Of a stretch of 64,000 bases of DNA, positions 1 to 12,489 are shown piece after piece. Position 1 is the stretch's first letter; every line of letters begins with the position of its first letter. The stretch comes from Octopus bimaculoides (taxonomy: Eukaryota). The notes under the pieces were generated by a model that was given only the letters and a program-made list of their open reading frames with translations, was not told the DNA's origin and made no database searches. The stretch spans positions 44,965,607 to 45,029,606 of the forward strand of contig NC_068998.1 in the NCBI RefSeq assembly GCF_001194135.2, read 5' to 3'. The position numbers were made by a program, and so were the translations under genes.

Positions 1-140
1 GCAATGCCTTAGACAAGTTTCTTCTTCCAAAGCACTTGGCTAATGTAAGCTTGGGGTGTGGATTTAGTTGATAGAAACTAAAAGAAGCCTATCATGTATA
101 TATAGATATGTGTGTGTGTGTGTTTATGTTTGTGCTCCTC
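1..140 (+). mobile_element. SINE family B fragment
   Basis: Degenerate match to head 3' half (gaaactaaaagaagcctatc) followed by TA/TG repeat. Confidence 0.6.
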
Positions 141-324
141 TAGAAATTACTGAACAACAAACCAAACAATGGTTGACATTTTCCCTGTTAACAAATTGCT
201 CACAGGTTTTTATGCCATCAGAGATAGGTGGAATAGAATAAACCTCGTGCTTGGAAAACAAGTACGATTCAGTGACAAGAAGAGCGTCCATTTGTAAAAG
301 ATTGTGTTGATAATATATTCAGTA

Positions 325-560
325 GCGTGAGCAAGCTGGCGGAAGCATTAGCATGCCGGGTGAAATGCTCAGTAGTATTTCGTCTGCAGTTACGTTCTGA
401 GTTCAATTTCCACCAAGGTCGACTTAGCCTTTCATCTTTTTGGGGGGTCGATTACATAAGTACTAGTTACACACTGGGGTCGATGTAATCGTATTAATCC
501 CTTAGTCTGTTATTGTTTGTTACCTCTATGTTTAACCCCCTGTGGGCTATAAAGAAATAA
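325..560 (+). mobile_element. SINE family C (tRNA-like head)
   Basis: gagcaagctggcggaagcattagc...gttctgagttcaatttccaccaaggtcgac...ggggtcgatgtaatcg; A-box-like TGGCGGAAGCA and B-box-like GAGTTCAATTTCC; many copies in window. Confidence 0.8.
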
Positions 561-1522
561 ATATATTTGGAACTGTGTATGTGTGTCTGTATGTATGTAT
601 AGTTTTGCTTTTAATTGTTTCAGCCAGAATTCTGTCGCCTTGTTTGTATATAACCATTAGAGTGAATGTTAGTTTATTTTATTTCACTTCCACAGACACC
701 ATTCCATGTGTGAAGCTAAGATGGGCTCCAATGTAGAAATCCAAAATTTAAAGAAACAAATGATTAGATAGGGTAATACATTTAGTCTGCTTTTCTGTTT
801 ATCTATTACCATTGTATTGTTCTTTTTCATATATAATATACAATTTACTAATACTAATATTGTGACAGATGACCACAAATTAGTAGGGAAGAGATATTAT
901 CATCTGAATTGATCCTATAGATGGCATGCCCTTATTTTGTTGATCAGGAGTATGTTTAGTCTGCTACTCTTTAATTTCTGTTGTTAAATGTCTTTTCATC
1001 TTGTATAATGTTGTTTTCTTAAACTCTAAAAAAGTAAGTGAAATATTCTGATTTTTTTTTTTTACTAAATCTGATTAGAAAATCATGCTTTGCGAAACAG
1101 TGTTTGCAGTGATGGAATAATCTATGATGGAAAAGGTGGGAGAATAAATATATATATGATTTATTCATGCTAGGTAAATATTTGTGGTAATTTAAATAGT
1201 AACTACTCTATAAGTAATTTGTATGTTATTGCTTTTAGCTTCCAAATGTCTATTTCAATACAAAATGGAATATCATTCAATAATTGTCATGTATAAACAA
1301 TGAAAATTGATTTAAAGTTTTGACCAAAAGATTTTGGTCAGTTTTAATTCCGAAAGTCTATAAGTACTTATATTTTCTTCATCAAAAGTTCTCTCTTACT
1401 CTGGTTTTTGAAACATTGAACCGAGATACTTATCAAAAATTATGAATTCCAATCAACCTTATTTTGGAAGTTCAATTGTTTCATACTTTGATGAAATACC
1501 ACATAAAACTATATTTTGTGAA

Positions 1523-1685
1523 GAAATGGTAAGAAGCTTGCTTCCCAACCACATGGTTCTGAGTTCAGTTCCACTGTGTGGCACCTTGTGTCTTCTACTT
1601 TAGTCTTGGGCTGGCCAAAGCCTTGTGAGTGGATTTGGTAGGCAGAAACTGAATGAAGCCTGTCGTATATATGTATATTTATATA

Positions 1686-1735
<50 letters not shown>
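1523..1735 (+). mobile_element. SINE family B head plus (TG)n
   Basis: tggtaagaagcttgcttcccaaccacatggttctgagttcagttccactg... ending in (TG)n. Confidence 0.82.
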
Positions 1736-2885
1736 CATGCATGTATGAATCTAAAAGACTGTTTACCATTTGTCAGTAAAGGAAAAACATTTTTTACATA
1801 ATGGTAAAAATAAAATTACATATTCACCTCTTTATGATAAATAGCTTCATTTGGACAATATTTATTTTTGGTTGGACATTAACACCTCTGCAAGGGACAG
1901 AAAGGATATAAATTTATTATAGCAAACCTATATGTGTGTACAAAACTGCAGCTGTTCATAGAAGTTGTTTTGTTGTTATTATTAACGGTGATATATAATA
2001 TCACTTCAATGGAACCTTATTTTGGAACTTTATAAACCAGTAATCGTTCATGTAGAAATACTATTTATTAAATTTGTCCTTCATAACAACTCAAAGTACC
2101 AAAAAATCAATGCTGGCCCCCTTGTTCTGGACAGTGAATACATAAAAAAAAAATTCATGCATAACTTTTAAAGAATGTTTACTGAAGGGGCTTAGGTTAT
2201 TATTGAGCTATATTTTAAAACATATTTCTGGTGTAATTTGTTTGATGTTTCATGCATTCAAACATTTTGCATTTTTGTTCTTTTTTATATCTAAATAAAG
2301 AACCCTTTTCATATTCATTTTCTTTTTTCTATCTAAAGTGTATAACTCATCATATTTGGTTCCTTTCAGTACAAGAGAAATTTATTGCATTTCATTGATA
2401 AGTTTTATTGTATCGATCTATTCTTGTGAAGGAAGATGCTGAAATGAATGGTAATGTTACTATACAACTGTCAATTTTTATGTTTAAATGAAACAAAGTA
2501 TTTTCCATGAATTGCTTTGAACCAAATGACTTTATTTAAAATATAAGTAACAACTGTTTGAACTTAAACAAGTTTTCTGAAGCTTTATAAAATGTAAGTA
2601 GCAGTTTAACAGTATTTCTATGAATTCTTTTGATCATGTTTACATGTGTTAAAAGATGTATGGAAGGTGCATTCTATATTTATACGTAATTTGGAAATAC
2701 TCTGCACCCAAAGACACATGTTTTTATGTGAGTGATGCAGTCATCTATTCAGATTAGGGTGTATCTCTGAATTAATATTATTTCTGTGTAGATGTATATT
2801 GATCTTTGTCTTGCAATATTCTAATAACTGGACACTAGTAAATATAATAAACGTAGGCAGACTTGTCTGACAATCAACAGTATAA

Positions 2886-3030
2886 CTATTTAAGACCTAT
2901 CATATAAGAATACAAAACTTCAAAGGATGGCATGGTCCTGTTAATATGTTGGTCAGAGAAGATGAGTTTATACTAATTAAGAACAGGGGAATGCTCCACA
3001 GAATGCATGTATGTCAACTGATGAAGGTAT
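2886..3030 (+). mobile_element. LTR-retrotransposon integrase C-terminal fragment
   Basis: KTYHIRIQNFKGWHGPVNMLVREDEFILIKNRGMLHRMHVCQLMKV fits the YYKR...W.GP..V.G.DG..VL.KHGG...RVH.C.L pattern of integrase tails. Confidence 0.45.
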
Positions 3031-3598
3031 CACTTCTTCCTTTTTCCACCAGTCTAGAAGTATCTAAGAACCATGGACCCTTCCCATACTCCTAACTGAG
3101 CGATTAAAATCAAAAACTCAAATTCTCTGGTAAGTCCATATTCAACTTGAGATCGCCCACATACAAAAAACATAATAGCTAATTGCCTTTCATCCATCTG
3201 GGGTTGGTAAGTACCAACTAATCACTGGGATCAATGTAACCAATTTAGCACCTCCCCCGAAATCGCTAGCCCTGTGCCAAAATTTAAAACCAAAGTCCTA
3301 CTCATGGCTAGTGTTTCCAAGATCCATGTATGGCCAATATTGCCAAAAGCTTTCTTCATGCACATATACTTGTTTACCCTTCTGCATTCTTTGGTTGAGG
3401 GCTTGATCTTTATAACCATGTGTACCTTTGAAGTATCCCCTCTGCTATTCTAGAAACATTTTTGTTCAAGTGTTTGTATATTATTTGCAGTATTTTTGAC
3501 TCCAAGGTTTTGCAAGTGGAAGGAAGCTAGTTTTTAGGGTTTACTCTTTCTTTAGTCTTGGTGGGGTCAATATGGTTTTTTTCCCTCAGCGATACAAG

Positions 3599-3665
3599 CT
3601 TCTTCTTCTTCTTCTTCTTCTTCTTCTTCTTCTTCTTCTTCTTCTTCTTCTTCTTCTTCTTCTCA

Positions 3666-3700
<35 letters not shown>

Positions 3701-3712
3701 AATAATAATAAT
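3599..3712. repeat. (CTT)n-(CAT)-(TAT)n-(AAT)n compound triplet repeat
   Basis: Direct reading. Confidence 0.95.
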
Positions 3713-3918
3713 CTAGCAGAATTGTTAGCATGCCAGGCAAAATGCTGAGTGGCATTTCATTTGTCCTTACGTTCTCAGTTGAAATGCCACTAAGGTTGAC
3801 TTTGCCTTTCATCCTTTCAGGGTCAGTGAAATAAATACCAGTTATGTACTGAGGTCAATGAAACTGACTTGTCCCCTCCCCCAAAATTTCAGGCATTGTG
3901 CTGATAATAGAAAGGATT
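3713..3918 (+). mobile_element. SINE family C copy embedded in triplet microsatellites
   Basis: ctagcagaattgttagcatgccaggc...ccaaaatttcaggcattgtgctgataatagaaaggattatt. Confidence 0.8.
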
Positions 3919-3919
3919 A

Positions 3920-4008
3920 TTACTGTTATTATTATTATTGTTGTTGTTGTTGTTGTTGTTGTTGTTAGTAGTAGCAGTGGTGGTGGTAGTAGTAGTAGTA
4001 GTAGTGGT
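3920..4008. repeat. (TAT)n-(TGT)n-(TAG)n-(TGG)n-(TAG)n compound triplet repeat
   Basis: Direct reading. Confidence 0.95.
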
Positions 4009-4508
4009 TAATCTTTTCCAAGAATTTGAGTAACATAGAAAAGAAATCTGTGTTCACTTATTACAAAAGAACACAGCAATAGAGTATGACTGTAATCTGT
4101 TTGATCCAGTTTTTCAAACTGCAACCATCTCTAACCCTTTCTATCATTCTCTCTCTCTCTCTCTCTCTTTCTCACCTATCATCTCTCTGAATATGTGCTT
4201 CTCGTTCTCTGTTTCTATGCCACGATTCCAGAAAGGTAGAAAGATGAAAAGATGTGAAGGAAAAAGAAAATCAGATTTTGACATCATACTAAAGTACACT
4301 GCTAACATTATCATCATCACTTTTCTACTTCTTCATGTGTCTCCCATTCCCTATCTCTTTCTCTTGTGGTACGTTAGAGAGAGAGTGGAGGTGCAGAAAG
4401 ATTGGCATTTCTACTCCCTTTTAATTTTTTTGCCTTTCTAAATTGCGTTTATGTGATTTTGTTGTTCTGTCTCAAAAGAAATGTTATACACACTTCCCTA
4501 AGTGTATA

Positions 4509-4543
<35 letters not shown>

Positions 4544-4753
4544 AGTAATATATATACATTGAATGCTCGAAATGAGGAGTAAATAGACATCCAGCAACTG
4601 ATGAAGGGACCTTTCTCTGTATTTACTTGCCCTGTTTTCCCTTTTTTTCTGGTTGTTTACGTATTTAACTCATTTGTTTATGTATTTCATGTTATTTGTA
4701 CCATCAGTGACGTCCTATACCCATATATGCATATGTATATATATATATTGTAT

Positions 4754-5391
4754 NNNNNNNNNNNNNNNNNNNNNNNNNNNNNNNNNNNNNNNNNNNNNNN
4801 NNNNNNNNNNNNNNNNNNNNNNNNNNNNNNNNNNNNNNNNNNNNNNNNNNNNNNNNNNNNNNNNNNNNNNNNNNNNNNNNNNNNNNNNNNNNNNNNNNNN
4901 NNNNNNNNNNNNNNNNNNNNNNNNNNNNNNNNNNNNNNNNNNNNNNNNNNNNNNNNNNNNNNNNNNNNNNNNNNNNNNNNNNNNNNNNNNNNNNNNNNNN
5001 NNNNNNNNNNNNNNNNNNNNNNNNNNNNNNNNNNNNNNNNNNNNNNNNNNNNNNNNNNNNNNNNNNNNNNNNNNNNNNNNNNNNNNNNNNNNNNNNNNNN
5101 NNNNNNNNNNNNNNNNNNNNNNNNNNNNNNNNNNNNNNNNNNNNNNNNNNNNNNNNNNNNNNNNNNNNNNNNNNNNNNNNNNNNNNNNNNNNNNNNNNNN
5201 NNNNNNNNNNNNNNNNNNNNNNNNNNNNNNNNNNNNNNNNNNNNNNNNNNNNNNNNNNNNNNNNNNNNNNNNNNNNNNNNNNNNNNNNNNNNNNNNNNNN
5301 NNNNNNNNNNNNNNNNNNNNNNNNNNNNNNNNNNNNNNNNNNNNNNNNNNNNNNNNNNNNNNNNNNNNNNNNNNNNNNNNNNNNNNNNNNN
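4754..5391. other. Assembly gap (638 N)
   Basis: N-run flanked by (TA)n. Confidence 1.
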
Positions 5392-6193
5392 ATATATATA
5401 TATATATAAATTAAATGTCAAATAATTTGCAGAGCACTTGCACATGAAAGAAATAAGATGATAAAGAAACTATTACTGTAATTTATATGTATACTGATGT
5501 TTTTGACTGCATTATAAATTTTAAAACAATTTAGTATCTGCATGACTTGGTCAAAAGTAACTGTAAGATCATTGATAGTAAATTTGGTTTGTTCTTTATT
5601 GTTACAGCAAAAGCAAAGTTTGTTTGCAGACAAATTATCCCAATCATTTTCATATTTCCTTTCTTTACTTTGGCAGTTTATCATTATTTTAGTGTTATGT
5701 CCTCCTGGGTATTGATAGAAATATTCTATCCTCTTTGTAGTTATTATACATCAGTATGGTTTAATCAGAACAATAAGACTTCCAGGCTTTACCAAATGTT
5801 TAACAAATAAGGACTCAGTCACACTGAATAAGCTTTAGAATGTATGGATATTGTGAAGTTGTAAATGTTTCTGATAAATGAATGCATGCTATCTTCTGTT
5901 GCCATCATTGAGTAATGAATGATGCGATTGAAATTTTAAATCATCATTTTTGTTTTCAAATAACCTTTATCGACATACTTATAGTATTTTCTTATCAATC
6001 ATATCTTGAACCTAGACACGTAAATGACTGTAGAGTTAACAAGTTCATTTTCCAGCACAGTGGTTCCATGTTCAATCCCAAAGCATGGCACCTTGAGAGT
6101 TTTATCATGGCTACCGAATAATTGTCACATTATTTACAGATATATATATATATATACACACACATATATATAAATATTATCTATTATTATTAT

Positions 6194-6239
<46 letters not shown>

Positions 6240-6241
<2 letters not shown>

Positions 6242-6405
6242 GTATGTATGACGGGCTTCTTTCACTTTCCATGTACCAAATTCACTCACAAAGGTTTTGT
6301 CAGCCCAGGGCTATAGTAAAAGACACTTGCCCAAGGTGTCACACAGTGGGACTGAACTCAGAGCCATGTGGTTTGGAAGCAACTACATAGCCATGCCTGC
6401 ACCTA
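6240..6405 (-). mobile_element. SINE family B head
   Basis: atgacgggcttctttcactttcc...cagtgggactgaactcagagccatgtgg. Confidence 0.8.
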
Positions 6406-9308
6406 TTTAACAGAAATTTAAATAGTTATGACAAGCTCATTAGCATCAGCTTTTCTATCACAGTATTATCTAGATGGTGTAATTTCAACATTAGGGACTG
6501 TATTTTACTTAATAGTTGATATTTAAAATTTCGGCACCTTAAGTTAGATCCATCAATTCTTTTTAAATGTATTTACTAATTAATATAATATGTTGTAGTG
6601 AATGTATTCAGTTGAGGATAAAGTCTTAAATAATTAAATTTAGCAATGCTAAACATCTTCAATAAATCTTACAGGAATTCTAAGGAATTTCTCTGGATTC
6701 AAAATATCCTATATATTAAATGAGAGTTATAGGCAGATCTTACAAATTTTTACAATTCTTTCAAATTGCTGGGAATATATACTTCATGAGAAAAAAACCC
6801 CGATTTCTGTCTAAAAAATGTTGTGTGAATCACTAAAAATGTGAAGAAAAAAATTAATGCTATAAATATGGAAAATATCTTCTACTGAGGAAAATAACGA
6901 AATGTCAATGCATAGAAAGAATTTTACTAGTATTAAAGGAAATTTGTGATGTGTGAAAACCGATCTTGGCTTCAGAAAGATAGCAAATAACAGGAAATTA
7001 ACTTTTATAAAGAGATTTTATCAATAAGAAAAATGTAACAAGATATTTGTTAACATTTTTAATGTTAATGCTCATTACATTGGAAGTATAATTCACATAT
7101 TTCTGATGTCTCTAAGCAGTAATTGTATTCTGAGTTAAATTTTAAAAAGAAATTTTAAAATAACAAAAAAAATCAAAAACGAACAAACTTTTGTCTGTTG
7201 TCTATTATCTTCTACTTTATGATGTGATTTATTAAATTTGAAATAGTTTTGAAAAATGCATAATGATTACATTGCATTAGTAGCTAATACCATAAACATT
7301 TGTAACACATCAACATAATCAAGTTTTTTTTCAAATTTTAACATCCTGTCGTTTGTCATTATGTTGCCATGTCTTGTAAGTTAGCAAGAATTCAAAATGA
7401 TCACTTGTTGGAACTTCACTCTTGTTGGAACATTTTCTTTCTAGATATTTTTCTGTTTATTTATTTATTCATTTATTTATTTCTGTCATTGAAAATTATG
7501 ACAGTTTTATTAATTCTAGACAATGACTCCTCCGTTCAAACTAATGCATAAAACTATTGTTAAGTTTCTTAAAGATTTCACACTTTGTATTCAACAATAA
7601 ATATTACCTTTGATCTTAGCCAAAAAGCTGCAACCATTAATTTATAAATGTGTTTCTGTATGGTACTCACTGAACAGGACAATTTCCAATGGTATTTAAG
7701 CACATTGATTCTTGCACATTAAAAAGTGATAGCTTTTTTACAAACAAATTTATTTTACTTATCCATTGAATAGTTTAATGATTGACAAGAATTTAATTAA
7801 ATATGATAATAGTATAGTTACAAAAATATTCTTTTCTACTCTAGGCACAATGCCGAAATTTTTTGTGGAGGGGGCCAGTCGATTAAATCTATCCCAGTAC
7901 GCAACTGGTACTTATATATATAAAGTTATGACTAAAGACATTATCAAATGATTTGTTGACTATTTTACTTCTACAACTAATTTAGTTACATTAACAACAG
8001 GTATGGAGAAGTATTATTTCCCCAAAAAATTAATTCACTTAAGCAAAATATTTATTTTATTTAGCAGGAGATATTTAACATTTAATTTTGATTTGAATGT
8101 ATATAACTTAATTGTAATAAGCAAGTAAATTGTAGCATGTCATCTGTGTCTCAGAATGATTATTCCTTACACTAAGTTACACAGATAAAGAGAAGAGGTC
8201 CTTGAGAGATTTCATTCCCTAAGTGAATCTTTATTTAGTGCATTGAACACCTCCTTTTATCCTTCACTTAATATTCCATAGGTTATCAAATTAATATAAT
8301 TTAGTGTTAAGCTTAGAGTTCAGCTGTCTTAAATTTAACATTAATTTAGTCAATGTAACTTTCTTCATTGATTAGGTTTGTCTTGTCCATAGAAATACTC
8401 AAAATAAAGGAACTTGTATAACTGCTCAGTTCTCAATAAACAAATCCAGTGCAAGTAACATACAAAGTTCATTTAAGTCTATATCTCTCCTTCCTTTATA
8501 AAAGTATAATTTGCCTTAGGATGTATTAGCAGAAATGATAGAATACCAAGCAAAACACTTTACTGTATTTAGTTGTGTCTCCTTCCATTCTGAGTTCAAA
8601 TCCTATCAGGTTTGACTCTACTCTTCATCTTTACAAGGGTTGATAAATTTATTGCATTGAATGGGTATAATCAAATGCATGTTTCCTTACAAGCTTAAAG
8701 CATTGTATTGTTTAGATATGTTTTGTATGCTCTTTTTGTTCAATTTAAGTTGAATTTTTGCATTCATTCAGACAACTTAAGGTAAACAAACTTCAGTACT
8801 TTACAGAAAGGCAGGATACAATGACTCTGGTAAGATTTGAAACCATGAGAATATTGCTGATGTGACTAGTGTCTGTATACGATATTATTGTTACAACCAA
8901 CTGTCATGCCTTCAAAGGTTTGAATAACAGTAGAATAATTTTTTTCTATTTAAAAATATCACCATTTCTAAATATTCGTATTCAGATTAAATATTAAATT
9001 TATTAAAATAAGAAGTTATATTTATTCTTACAAAAGCAAAATGAAGAGAAAACAAGGAAATATCTTTATGCAGTCATATGGTAAAAAATAGAATTTCTAT
9101 ATAATCTGACATTTTATTGACATATTCAAAGAAATGCAAAAGCTGTTATAACATCTGGATGAGAAAGAACTCCCAATGTTATATGTAAAAATAATTGATT
9201 GATGTTTACTGATATTGTTTGAAAGAAGAATTGTCAAAGTCACATGTTTTCAGTTTTCTTTATAACCATAGATTTCACATTTTTAGATGATTTTACATTT
9301 CCTGTCAG

Positions 9309-9363
9309 GACTGGCTTCATAGCTCTGTCTTAGACTGTATCAACAATGGCACTTTATTTATCA
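9309..9363 (+). CDS. Candidate internal exon, phase 0 to 1 (DWLHSSVLDCINNGTLFI), product unknown
   Basis: Acceptor ttttacatttcctgtcag, donor A|gtaata, open frame. Confidence 0.3.
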
Positions 9364-9492
9364 GTAATAATATATCCACATAAATATAGAGGTTTTATCA
9401 TTTTCAATCTCAGCAGTAAAAGTATTTTTGTACTCATTATTCTTTTTTTTTTTACTGTTCAAATGTTCATTAATGTGTGTGCCACAATTGTT

Positions 9493-9862
9493 TTTATTCT
9501 GTTTACTCGTTTCAATCATCTGACTTCGGCCATGCTGGAGCACCGTCTTTTAGTTGAACAAAGTGACCAAGGACTTATTCTGTTGGTCTCTTTTGCCGAA
9601 CCACTAGATTACGGGGACGTAAACACACCAACATCGGAAGTCAAGTGATGGCGGGCGGGGGACAAACACAGACACACAAATATGTATATATGTATATACG
9701 ATGGGCTTCTTTCAGTTTCTATCTGCCAAATCCACTCACAAGGCTTTGGTTGGCTGATGGCTATAGTAGAAGACACTTACCCAAGATCCCATGCAGTGGG
9801 ACTGAACCCAGAACCATGTGGTCAGGAAGCAAGTTTCTTACCACACAGCCACTCCTGTGCCT
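9493..9862 (-). mobile_element. SINE family B copy with short deletion in tail module
   Basis: Aligns by eye to 35093-35500 over head and tail. Confidence 0.85.
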
Positions 9863-11235
9863 ATGGTTGTAGATATTCAAGAATAATACAACTACTGGTC
9901 AAAACACTTAGTTAATAGTTGATGTTTTCAGTTAATGAACAAGAATATAGAAAATGTATTTAATTATTTTTGTTCCTGACTCACACTAATGGTTTTGGAA
10001 TATTATTTGAATTGTCTGCAGTCTTATATAATGAAATAACTTTGAATAACATATTCAAGCAATGTGTCCATATTGACTATACATACATGTCATTTGATGG
10101 TTGTATATATTTTATTTCTAAAGAATTGCATTAGTTATGGGTATGATTCCTGGCTGAAACCAGATATAAATTGAAAATGGAACTTTTGGCACACAGTTTT
10201 GGAGCTCTTAAAACTTGCTACTTGGTAGCTAAAACAATAAAGGTATCAAGTAAGGAAGATAGACAAGTAGGAATAAGAAAATATTATATTATGTTCAACT
10301 TGCAACAGTGAAAGTTATTGATTGCAGAATAAAAGTATTTCAGATTTAAAATTCTATATATCCTTTTAGAAAGCTAATAAAGAATTATAGGCATATCTGC
10401 AGGGCTACATATTTTCAGTCATTATGGATTAGAAATCAGAATGTATGTATATATTTCTCTGAAGAATATTTCTAAAACATTCATTGAAACCAATTTTAAA
10501 GGCCTATTTATAGTTTTTTTTTTTCTTTTTTCCATTGGAAGTTTTACTTTCACTTTATGTATTTCGCTAACAAACTTTATTTTTCCTGAATATTCCTAAT
10601 GGGATATCTATTAAAGAAGAATAGATGAATAAGAATTAAATTGCATAAGAATTAAAGATAAAGTAAAAATAGATTTGCTACGCTGTCCAGTTTAATTTCA
10701 TGTTTTAGCTACTTCTTCAGTTACATCCAAACAGCATTGCATATCATTGATATCATGTCGAATATTTATACAAGGTCTTGTTAATGGAAATCAGAATAAA
10801 AATAGCAGGAATATTAAGTTTCTGATAAATAACAAAACATATAGAGAAATACCTGGAAATAAAATGCAATAAAAATAAAATGCAATAACAAGAAATTGAA
10901 AATGATATATATCTTTTTCTATTTTCCCTCTTCCAAATGTAATCTCATTGAACAGAATATATCTCAACTGATGTTGCAATACTTGTCTCCCTGAGGGTAC
11001 GCAATCTTCCTTATAAAATATAAAGGAAATTTTCAATATTATCAGTGTTAACATAGCTGGTAATATTTTCTTCCTCTTCTGAGACTTCCTATTCAACTAA
11101 AATAATCCAAGGCTTTGTTGAAATTATTCTCTGTGAGGTGACTGTTATGATCTAGTAGCCAAATATTGTTTCAATGTTTAGATCTTTCTTTCTTTCTTGA
11201 TGTGAGATCAATTGTTAAATATATGCTACATACAG

Positions 11236-11287
11236 AATTATATATAAAGTCTGGCAGATACTTGACAAATGCATTTAAGAAAAGAAA
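11236..11287 (+). CDS. Candidate internal exon, phase 1 to 2 (LYIKSGRYLTNAFKKR), product unknown
   Basis: Acceptor atgctacatacag, donor AA|gtatgt, one open frame. Confidence 0.33.
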
Positions 11288-11759
11288 GTATGTTTTTCTA
11301 GTTCTTAAATTAGTTGCTATAGTCAAGGAAATATTGTTCTTCTGAGAATACTGTTTATTTGAATGTAACAATGGAATATAAAAAACAACTTTTTGCTATG
11401 GAATATTCTATTTTAAACAAAGATTTCATTAGATGTGATTTTTATAACTCATGAGAAATATCTTTTAATGATTGCTGTGTTTTTTGTAATTCTTGACAGC
11501 ATAATCTTTACACCTCCATAAAATATATTCAAACTTTGCTATATGTTTAAAAATTGTATCATTGATAAGTGGCCACAATCAACAACACATAGAAACATTT
11601 TTAAGTAAAAGGTGTCTAGTTGAAGGGAAGAAACAACCAACTCCACAGACATATAGATATCAAATATCTAATATGTCAGTTTAAGCTAACTTTATCTAAA
11701 GAAAACTCTGATTATGACCATTCTGCTTTTATTGTAAATGTGCTCACTTATATATTCAG

Positions 11760-11812
11760 AGACTTCAAACATATGGTCCTCATGAGGCAACTATATGCTA
11801 TAAACAAACAAA
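11760..11812 (+). CDS. Candidate internal exon, phase 2 to 1 (DFKHMVLMRQLYAINKQ), product unknown
   Basis: Acceptor ctcacttatatattcag, donor AA|gtatgt; phase-compatible with 11236-11287. Confidence 0.35.
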
Positions 11813-12489
11813 GTATGTAACTTTCTTCTCGGATTTTGATATTTTCTTGTCTTCTTGTATAATAAATTTCCATGAATTACTAGAAAATTCAATGTGTGTG
11901 CTATCTATAGTATTAAGTATTGGATGAAAGACAAATATTCTTCCAGATAAGATTTTGGTTCATCTTAAGTAGCTTCTCCAAAGTAACCCCCTCCCTGCAG
12001 TAACTTTTTGAAAAACATCATTAGATCTCTCTGGAGGAAGGGTTTATGAGGCGGCTATTAGATATACAAGGCAGCTATTTAATATTCTATCCATTTTAGC
12101 AACATTTGTGTACTGATAATTCCTAAACAGCTTCCTAGTCCTATACCATATCTGTTTGGCCCAGTTTTTTTTTTTTTAACTCTTTAGTTAGTACACATTT
12201 CGTGTTTTATAATAGTTTGCCCTATTATGCGATACTTCATCAAATCAACCCTAATTATCAGACTGTCCTTTTTAGAGTCATCTTATTCGCCTCTTTGTGG
12301 CATGCAGATACATCTAATCATGTAATCTCCTCATATAATACTGAAATAGGATAAATAGTCATTAATATAAGGAAGCCACCATATCAAGTACAAGGTAAAT
12401 AATTGCTAATTAAACTAGATAATGAATTTATGATATCAATTAAATGGTACCTTTTTAATTAATTTCTAACAATATCGTTCATGGTCATT

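Noticed and set aside
4601-5445. Three long ORFs (252-274 aa)
   Set aside because: They run through 638 N; artefacts.
9346-9915. ORFs with QIHSQGFG / VEDTCPR-type peptides (also 1509, 35263, 58628, 63550)
   Set aside because: Recurrent translations of SINE family B.
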